64,000 nt of DNA from Trichoplax adhaerens (lineage: Eukaryota; Animalia; Placozoa). Shown here one piece after another: positions 53,701 through 64,000 of this stretch. Each line of letters begins with the position of its first letter. The stretch's first letter is position 1. The position numbers and the translations under genes were made by a program. Location: NCBI RefSeq assembly GCF_000150275.1, contig NW_002060948.1, positions 5,378,336-5,442,335 of the forward strand, in the 5' to 3' direction. The notes under the pieces were generated by a model. It was given only the letters and a program-made list of their open reading frames with translations. It did no database searches and had not been told where the DNA came from.

Positions 53701-56700
53701 GATTGGGAAACGTTAAGTTCAAAATTTTACGCCTGGATTCGTTATTATAAACTCTATAAAATGGCTAAGTAAGGAGATTTTGACTGCACTACTTATATTC
53801 CGATAGTAATCTAATATTGTATACTGTATATACTAGTATTTTGAGTAAAATTAGACAATCTTACTCAAGCTAGCATAGCCTGCATAAGATTTAAAATATA
53901 TTAACTGTATTGTGCTATGTCTTCCCTCAGAATTCTATTTATTTAGATATCTTTGATGTTTTACTACCTACTATAGTATAGGAGAAAATGATAAATTTCT
54001 TTAATACTAAAGGTAGAAAGTAATTTTACTTAAAATAGACCTATGATATACCTACTGTACAGCAATTATAGGCAACTGACAGTGTTAATCGTAGTACATT
54101 TAAATTACTACTAGATAGTATAATGTAGATCTTGTGATGTCGATTATGTGCAAGCATATACTGTCCACGTACATACATATCCTATAGTCACTATTCTCAT
54201 AGATTAGGCGAATGGTAGTTTATATGAGTGCATTGGATGACGTAGTAGACACATAGGGGAAATAACACTATCTTTCTATTATCTAAGAGTAGAAAAGATT
54301 ATGCGCTTGAAATAAATTATCCAATTTCCAATTGCCATTAATTTCAAATTATTTCTAATTTTTCAGCGGATACAAGGAAAATGCTAATCGTGAACATTTA
54401 AAGCGATATTTTAACCTATGGCACGATATTGCTACCAAAGTATTGGAATATAAAGAATTTCAATTACAAAACAATAATTTAACGAAACATCCAAAGTTAC
54501 ATCCCTTATATTTTACAAGTATTACTGATAGCCTGCAAATCTATCAACAAGTTAAAAAGTCCGCGATTAGGAAAGCTGATATATCTAATTTGTTGGATGA
54601 AAACATGAAACAAAGTTTTAAATCCATAAAAAATACTCCCACAAGATATATATTAAAACGCATGAGCCCCAAAACTGGCGCTATTAAATTCATGCCACCA
54701 CCTTTTCATCGTTGCCAATCGGAAAATGAATTTTGCCTTCGTTCTAATTACGATAAGAAAAAAGAGCAAACACCTGACAGTATTGATAATCCTTTGCTAT
54801 CAGATCAAAATGATATTCCTAAGAGAAAAGCAACACGAGGCATGAGTTTACCAATCATTATTACAACTGAATATGAGGATGTTGCAGAATTATGGACAGA
54901 TCGTGTTGATGATGATTATAGCGAGGTTCAAGCTCGAATGTATTTAAATCAAAGACAAAGTTTAGATATACCAACTTGGACAATTACTCAAAGTTTAATG
55001 AGAACACATAGTATCGACAGTTGGCCATCTCAAAATAGCGATGGATCAGGTCTAAAGCACTCAGAGCATGAAACGAAAGATGGTAGCAGCGTTTGCACAC
55101 ATGCAGATGCTTATTCTGGGGATATTTCTAGCATTAGCTCCTCAAAGCCTGGCGGCCCGATTATTTATAGTGAAGGACTACATGACAACGACTCCGATAT
55201 CTTCATTAACCACCAAGCGAAAAGTAATAAGCAACAAACCCTGATCGATTCTTACCATCACGAAAATGCACAACGTGGTCAGCAAGATGAATCAGAAATT
55301 TCATCACAACAATCCGTTGAAACTGTTACCCCCAATAACAATCCAAATATCGATCAATTTGGATCCTATATTGATTATTTAACAGATCGATCGCAATCCT
55401 TGTTTACTAATACGATGTTATCATCTTATAGTGACGAAAATGCACTTTCTGAAAGTACTTCGGAAATATCGCCAGATATACTTATACGAGCATATCGTAA
55501 TGATACTACTGAGGGTGAGCATTTTAATTATATAGCTCAAATGACTGATCGCTATTATTCAAAGAAGTCTAGCCAACATGATAGCAAAATGGATGAAGAA
55601 ACCGGTAAAGGTTCTAGTATTGAAGGCACTAGTGAGAATAGCCCAATTGAAAGAGACCATGTATATGATATTAATCATTGGCCTGAATATCAAGATTATG
55701 GCAATGGCAGTAATATTCCTTATGCATCTAATCTGCATAATAGTCATCATGATGATAGTAGCCCTGAGTTTAAAAATGATCCTGATATAAATAGCGAATA
55801 TCAACTAGTGGATATGCATCTCAAGCGTGATAGTTTAGGTAGTGAAAGTTCCGGTATCCAGTTGGCTACAGAGGATCTTAATCAAAGATATTATGATCCA
55901 CTTATAGGTTTACGCCATCGTGGGCGATCACTTTTAGAGTTAAAGAGTAATCCATCTTTATCTAGTTTAGTTACACCGACAAAAAAGAGATCATATACTG
56001 ATTCAAAGCCATCGATAGATGATATCAAGAAAAAGATAGTTGCTGAAAGAAACGTTAACGATATTCGTCGATTACAACTAAATGGATTAAATCAACAGTC
56101 TCAACTTAGAAATCGCGGCACCATAAGGAAGCCAAATAAATTTAATTACATTCTCAAAAGGTACTGTAACCATACTATGAATTGCTCATGATATTCTTCT
56201 GCATTTACATCCTCATTGCTGAGAAATTGTACGTTTTCATTTTTATTCTTGTAATGAAGAATGATAACAAACGCCTGCTCTACAAATTTCTTAAAATTTG
56301 TCAACGGAAAGTAGTAAATATGATTACCAGTAATTTTAACATACAAATAATACAAATATATAAATATATATTGCAGTGCTATAAGCACGTAGATCTATCA
56401 TCTTAATATATATTCAATACCGACAATAATTACATAGACATATACTATACATTGCTATGGAATTACCAAGTATTTTACCTTCATTAATTTTGATTTGTAT
56501 CGCATATTAGATCGGATTATTGCAAATAACTGATAATGTAATAACTTATGGATAGAAAAGTCTTGAAATGTAGAGTGGTTTAGTATCACTCCTGCTTTGA
56601 TGCCCTTTCGGCTTAGATATTTAGCTAGTTGTAGTAATAATAATTAGAAGCTTCAACCGAAAGATCTGTGGTTAATATTAGCTTCATATCATGCTCTCCG

Positions 56701-59700
56701 TATCTTCTACTTTAAATTGTGCTTTAAATTTAGGATATTATATTTGATGATCTTAATTCAGATGGCTTTTCTGATAAATTTTCTTCTTCTTTATATTGCT
56801 TTCCGATCCTACAGTCACCCTATCAGCCAAGAAAAGAGAGAAAAAATTATTCAAGATACTTATCTGAAATGGCGCTCATTTATTGATGTACAGAGTAAAC
56901 GTCAAGAGATATTGAAGAAAATTATCGATGGAAACGATAATGATAGATTGGAAGAATTCTTTCTAAGATGGAAGGGAGCTTACAGAAAAAGTGTACAAGC
57001 TAGTAGATTACAAGTTAGTTGGCAAATTCTATTTATTAGCATGCAGCCAATTATTAATTATAGATTCAATATTATCAAAATATAGAAATCTCTGCTGATG
57101 GAAAGTGCATTAATGCAATTATATAAATATAAAGAATATCGAGCACATAAGAAAGACCGACAGGCGTTAGCGATGCAACTCCATCAACGCCTTCTCATAC
57201 AACGATTCTTTATCCATTGGCTTGAAAGGGTATGTAAAATTGGGAAAAGAATTTATATCTCTAGAAGAACGGTAAAAAATGATCTTCGCTATAATCCGAT
57301 TTTTATTATAACAGATACAAATTTTTTATTAAAAAAATCAATTGCTTATACATGTTTTCTTATTTAGACATCTAGCAAGCAAAAATATGAAGATCAATTC
57401 CAGAAATTAGGATTAATAGTAGAAGGTATGTCTTATATGTTTGCTCCTTTAATTGCATAAAATAATTGTAATATGTAGATATGATTTACTTCGTTGTTTC
57501 AATCGATTACGTAACCAATACTTGTTTTATTTGTATGGCGTAATTCTGTAGCTAAAGATAAGCAATTAGAAGATACCAGAAGAAAATTTGTGCAAATCTG
57601 CCATAAAAGGAAATTAAGAATTTCGTTCAATATTTGGCTGAGTGCATCCAAACACCAACAATTTGCTCGTCAATTTTATGAAGAAAACTTATGTAAAAGG
57701 TAATAAGGATCAATATTAATTACGATACTAAAAGTCTTAAAATCTGTTTTAAAGTGTTGACATAAAATGTAGTAAATTTAAACAAAGAATTATGGGCTAT
57801 TCCTGTAAGAAATTATTATCATATAAATCAATAACGGTCACTAGTCTAAATATCATATTCTAGCAACATTTTGTAACATAGACCCTAGTAAATTTAACAA
57901 TTGATTTATGAACGATTTCGAATACTGCCGTATCGATCGGTAATAGTCTTTAATCTTAATACTACATTCTCACCTCGGCCTATAAAGAGAAGGAGAATCT
58001 ACTAATATAACTATTGGCATATAAACTATTTCTAATACTATCATATCGATCAAATATATAATCTAAATACTGCATTCTATCCTTATTTATAATTTGAAAC
58101 TTAGTAAATTCAAGTATTGGTTTACGAGCTTCCAGAAGAGTAAAGACAGAGAGAATTTATGCCATGACTTCATAGTACGAACTTGTCTAAGGAAAATTTT
58201 CAATCATTGGCGATTTAGCGCTAATTCTAAAGTGGATAGTCGCAATATGGAAGAGGTAAGATATGGAAATCTATACGTTAAATTGCAATAATCTTTACAG
58301 AAAGGTAAAATTAATATATAGCAAAATTTGGAATTCACTCTTTGACAACATAGAAATGAATCTTGAAATAAATTTATATCTGATTTAATGATTACGGCAG
58401 TATGATTGACACCGGATGCTTTATCTATTTTTTATTTTATAGGCGATAAATAAAAATAATATGATAAAAATCATGAAAATTTGGAGATGGTGGTCAGCAG
58501 GTACGATCACGCTTAGATATAGATTTTTAGTAACGCGTCATTAAAATTTTGCGGATGGTAGTTACATTGATTATGTTTCTTTTGAAGCCCTTTATAATGT
58601 CTATCAGAATGCAATAATACTTATAACTATATTTTATCTATATATGAAATAAATAGAAAGTAAAAGGCAAAAGCAAATAGCCATGGAGTACTATAGCCAT
58701 ATACAAGGCTTGAAAAGAAAGAGATATTTTCAAAGATGGATTAATCAGTGGAATTACTCTATTCGAGCTAAACAACATTACAATAACAACTTAGCTAAAA
58801 AGTATGTCCAATATATCTACTTTCTTATAATAACATCATCTACAATTAATTAAACGTTTTGTCATTCATTTTTCCAACATTTGAATTAGTAGAGTATTAA
58901 TTAATTGGCATCAAGTTGCTCACAAGCGTGCCTTACTCAGGAAGCAAGAAGATCAATTGCGGAAACAAATTGTAAACCAGCTGGTAAGTGTCCTTTGATA
59001 ATTGTAAGTCATAGCATATAGCTATGACTACTGCCTATATATTTTATCTAATAAGTATTCCTATAGATCGTCGATCCAATACATAATTCTAATACTTGCA
59101 ATTACAATTTCAGTTAAAAAAGGCGCTGACTCTTTGGAAGAATGCTCATGAAACGGAAAAATTAGTCAAAAATAATTGCCATAAGAGAATAATGAAAGTA
59201 GCGCACGATGCTTTTATCGCATTGCGGATGCACGCATTGGAAATAAGAAAAAATCGATATTGTGAAAAAATGGTTATGAAAAAGGTAGAATAAGTTTCAC
59301 AGATTAAAAATTAAATGTATCGGTGGTGTCTAGTTTCTGTAAATATTTTTATAAGGTTATCGGTATTATATATTTGACTGGATTTACGGACTGACCACAT
59401 ATTAACTCGAAAATTCACTTTAGCTATATCTAAATGAGGCTATTAGAACTATGTAGCTTAGTGTTTACTTACGTTATAATGAACTAGTATGTAGCAATAC
59501 AGAACTTTATACTTAATGTCGTGTAACATTACGCGTGAGTGCAATATTAATAAATATAATTTGGCTTCTTGCATCGTCAGTACTACGATATTTGGACACA
59601 AGAATATCAATCATTGAGGAAGGTTTGTACCTAACCCATAAATGATTATTTTTCTTACAAAAATCTATTACTTTACTTATATCTGATAGTATATCTCTGG

Positions 59701-62700
59701 CTAACTTTTAAATTAATATACACAATTTTCTATGAAACCTACAGAGCAAAATTAGTCTACTGAGAGTGTATATACTAAGTTGGTATAAGGCAGGCCGAGG
59801 TAAGGCTGCTTTAGTTCTATTAAACGTATCAAAATAGCATATAGCTGGATTTCAACATAAACGGCTATAATTTTATAAACTGATACTCACTTTATTTATA
59901 ATACAGATGTTAAAGACATGAACGCTGCCGCTAATGCATTTTCCACTTCATTGGATCGAAAATTGATGAAAGGAATATTTTATCGATGGCGAACAATGTG
60001 GTTTAGTAAAAATAGGTGCAAGAAAATGATAACGAAAAGGTACAAGCATTATTTCAGTGTTTACACGTAGTTACCAAATGGAGGATAAATAAAATTCTAC
60101 AAATCTCCTTGATTAAAATAAAGAGACTATTCTACTTGATTATGGGTTTTCTGCTATTAAATTAGCATGTGATATAATTGCAATCTTTAGAATCTTTCAT
60201 GCTTGGAAATTGTACACTTCTGAAATTAAAACCAAGAAAATGAAAATAAATAGTCTTATTTGTAAAAGAAACCAATATCAGGTAACTGTTTATGACTATA
60301 TAACGTCTAATCAAAGCAAAGGTTAATATACTATTCATTCGTCATATAACACTCGTATTCTGGGATATTTATTACGACTTTACAGATACAAGAAGCGTTC
60401 GTTGTGTGGAAAGATGCTCTAAAACAAGTAAATAAATGCAAATTGATTCTGGAAGACTTTTCAAAAAAGAAGGATTCCATAGCATTGCGCAACACTTTGG
60501 TAAATTGGAGATTAGCAGTAATCTATCAGCGACTAGAAGTGGTGCAAATCCGTAGATGTCAAGCCAAAGTATGATATTGTTCTACCTTCTTTTTGATTAT
60601 ATATGAAGTATGCAGTCGTAAAAATTGGTTAATATATTCTTACATAATGATTTTATCTTTCTATCGTAGCATTTTAAGTTATGGATGAAGCGCTTCCGTG
60701 AAGAAAGATTGACAAGAAAGGGCCAAGAGGTACTTTTAACCTATGCAATAAGGCTGGACGAATACAAGTATTGCTTTGGATTTATATAGTAGCAATACTA
60801 AGAAATTCTACAATAAATCTTTATTCTAGGTTGTAAAGTATTCAAAGTTATCAACCATATTTTACAAGTGGCATCAATACGTCATAAGTATGTAATGCTA
60901 ATATGATCGATTGAGGCATCCTATTATCATATCGTTATAAGTAATAAGAATAATTACAGAATTGAATAAATTTAGTTTAGTTTATTATAGCAGTAAAACA
61001 GAATAACGATCATACTGACTATTATATTTTTTAATGATAATGCAGAAGTGAAAACATGTCGAAATATGAGTCAGAAATATAAAATAGAACAAATTTCTCG
61101 CCAAGTTCAATTGACATTTTATTACTGGAATAAAACGACTAAAGCCAGCCAATCTGCAATAAAACATTATCAGCAACACTTGATGATGAAGTAAGGCAAT
61201 ATGTACTATTTCTGGATCTAGCTCATCTATCTTAAAAGAATAGTGCCTTAATTAGAGTGAATCCTTAATAGACATTTTTTTAAGTAAAAGGATGAATTAG
61301 TCCTAACTATGAGGTATTTTTTTAAACATAGAATTTGGACTCCTTGGCTGGAGCATAGCGGCGCAAAGAAAGTAGAAAAGAGCAACATTAAACAAATCCA
61401 GCAACAAATTGCAAATCGTAGGGTGCGTTTAGTTAACATTATATTAGAAATTCTCAAAGTACTACTTTAAATTAACAGATTAAATCCCTCTATTATGTTA
61501 CTATACGAAATTACGACTTTTGAAATTGCATGTCTAAACTACTTAATGAATATATGTCTGACCACGATGCTAGATTGCTAAAATTTTTAGGGTAGATAAT
61601 ACTGCATTAGATATTATTTTGGCCTATTCTAGTAAGTTAATTGTCGTTGCTATTTATCTGAAGTTTTTTAATATATTTGGATATGTTTCAAATTTTGCAC
61701 TTATAGTTGAAGCAGCAATTTATGAAATGGAAAGAGCAATTTAAGATTGCTGTGAAAGCAAAGACTGCTGTAACAATACTTAAACAGAAACGTGAGGATA
61801 AGTTAAAGCAAATGGTAATTCATGAATTTAAAATAAACGCCTTGGAATGTCGAGCAGATCGATTTCATATAAAAAAAAAGTTAATGATGGTAAGAAATAT
61901 AGTATTTATATTTAGTTCTATCTTAGGCATCAGTATAACTTATTTACTCGTCAACTCTGTTATAAACAATACGGACGCTGTGCATTTCTTCCATCTTATA
62001 ATTAATTTTTGCAGGTTTTCAATGTCATGAAAGTCCAAAGTAAGAAGTTACAAGAGAAATCTGCTAAGCTTGAGGTAATAAGCATGTTGAATTAAATATG
62101 CGATCACTTATGCCATATAAGATAAAGATATTATGATAATCATACTAATTTAATTAATTCTACATGATGATCAAAACTTCTAGGCTTTATTAACGACTGC
62201 TTTAATGCAAAGCTATAGCAATTTAAGGTACAAGAATCTATTTAGTTGTTTTAAAATTATCATTTTATACAAGTTTAACTAATTTTTCTTACACATTAAC
62301 TTGTAGTAGAGAATACTTTATTGATTGGAAGCAGTCGTACGTGGAAAGAAATCAACTTAAAATGGAAAAGCGCCAATTATTAATCAAATATTATTTATCT
62401 TGGAAAACAAGGGCAATAAATCAGATAAAAGCGAAAAAAATGGTACGTATTACGATTTCAGGATTAATTAAAATATTAAAATTGGATCATCAAATTGGAT
62501 ACTCTGGAATAGATTTAATGTTGATAGTAAGTTCACTTGTTATCGTTATTTGACAAACTTCCTTTACTAACTATTATAGCGACAACTATGCCTACTGGAT
62601 AATGCTTGGAGCCAGTGGAGGAGATTATTTATTCGAATACGGGTTGTTAATCTCTTCGTCGAGCAGGATAATAAACAGTTGCTAAGCAAGGTAATTTCTT

Positions 62701-62983
62701 CCTCTTTCTTATGATGCTTTTAAAAATTAGTTGTAACATTGTTAGGCGTTTACTTCATATACAGTATATTTATTTCGAACTTGGAGTTAAGAATATTGTA
62801 TAGAATTCCAAAATTTCAAGTTTATTCATACTAATGACTTGGGAAATACAATTACAGGTACTAGGATCATGGCATGCATGGGCTTCTAATCGCTGCCGTT
62901 TACGCCAACTTTTAAATAGGAAGAGAAGAAAATTATTGCAAGAATTTTACTATCGATGGCAGGATCGATATAACTTTAAATAA
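44709..62983 (+). CDS. Large Sfi1-repeat (centrin-binding-like) protein, SFI1/C1orf167-like, about 45 exons
   Basis: Many small exons encode basic helical repeats with the L...F..W(K/R) pattern (LLSKCFRAWR, LLNHGFNSWH, LTRNIFNKWR, CLRKIFNHWR, LKQQFMKWK, LLQEFYYRWQ). The junctions I checked are phase-consistent. Stop TAA is at 62981-62983. The 5' exons (44709-44723, 44827-44893, 45561-46221, 47351-47623) are less certain. Confidence 0.8.
45258..45563 (+). repeat. 76-bp tandem repeat x4, each unit ending in a 3' splice site
   Basis: ...TTTAAC...GATATTTTTACCGTCAG|AT ends at 45333, 45409, 45485 and 45560. Confidence 0.95.
49270..49800. repeat. Degenerate ~60-70-bp tandem repeat in an intron of the Sfi1-repeat gene
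   Basis: Recurrent tgatgttagagatagc/ttaaa and gagtcggcact motifs. Confidence 0.55.
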
Positions 62984-64000
62984 TATAAATTAAAGATAAT
63001 TGATTTCTTACATTGTTATTTCTAATCGTAAATTTCTCTTTAATAATATTATACTGTAAACAATGTTGAGATAGTACAGTTAAGAGTTGAGATGGCAAGC
63101 GATAATGAAGACTTACTACGATTCAATTTGTTAATTGCGCAATGAATAGGTTTAATTTTTTACTTCTAAGATAGAATTCAAAATCGATTGATTTAGATCA
63201 TTTTGAAATGAAAACATATCTACTGAGATGTGTACATGTTTATGCGGCAGTATTAGTGAAGATTGCAATGAAAAATAGTTTGAGCCTATTGTATTTATAA
63301 GCTATAGCAATAACTGCCTACTTACTAACTTTATATTTGTGATTGATAGAATTATAATGTTAATAATCCAATAGCTCTTTGTTTTTTAACTAATTAAATT
63401 AAATTCTATTGCTGACATTTTTAAGATGAGAAAAAATCAGCAATGCTAAAATAATTGTCTCGATCTGTACGTATTAAAGAATTTATGTAAATCCTTACGG
63501 CTAATGGTAATAGAATTTTTAACTTATTCCAATTCTATAGTTCCAGTTTGAATCTAAATTTAAGATTTTCTAATAACAGGAAGAACATTTAGAAAAATTT
63601 TTTACATGCTTTTTACGCAGTTTCAAGCCGTTTTATCAAGCCTATAATTACTTTTGGTATAGCTAATTTTAAAAAATATCAATGTTTTTAAATGCACCTA
63701 CTTCAATTTTACATACATTTATATCGTATTAGTTTGCTATTTGGATGATAGCAAACATATCGACTGATAAACATGAAATATAATAAGGAAGATAAACTTT
63801 AGAGTCAGATTCTCGCGAATCTGCTTCCATGATCGACCTAATAATATTACAATTTTTGCTTCATGTAACAAAACTTTACTTTCTGTATATAACATTATTT
63901 GTTAACTGTTTTTTTTTTTTATTAATTCGACGTTAATAAAACGACATTCACAACAATTTCTACTTGAAGTTATTTGTATATGATTGCAATAATAGAACTT

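Noticed and set aside
54443-56191. Stand-alone 582-aa gene
   Set aside because: The ORF starts at TTG, and in-phase splice sites at 54366/54367 and 56160/56161 make it an internal exon.
57479-57551. Apparent frameshift in the Sfi1-repeat gene
   Set aside because: Resolved by the canonical acceptor CTGTAG ending at 57551, which keeps phase 1 (E-A-KDKQLED).

Overview
AT-rich, intron-dense eukaryotic (animal) genomic DNA. Short introns and vertebrate-like exon structure suggest a placozoan such as Trichoplax; this is an inference, not verified. Gene order: 3' end of a UDP-glycosyltransferase (+); WDR1/AIP1 (-), which has a minor-spliceosome AT-AC intron; an internally deleted WDR1 pseudogene duplicate carrying two small insertions; a 6-exon selenoprotein K gene (-) that the ORF track misses entirely, with an in-frame Sec UGA and a form-2 SECIS in a hairpin-rich 3'UTR; a second UGT (+) with a ~265-nt fold-back in its intron; intronless TRMT61A (+); vigilin/HDLBP (-); an ~12-kb gene-poor stretch of TACAG-rich repeats and decayed coding relics; and a ~45-exon Sfi1-repeat (SFI1/C1orf167-like) gene (+). 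The last gene has a predicted GC-AG intron whose 3' splice site is tandemly quadruplicated, and a 1.8-kb low-complexity internal exon. All gene models were spliced and translated by eye. No database search was run. I found no clearly new multi-gene system; the strongest leads are at the RNA-processing level.
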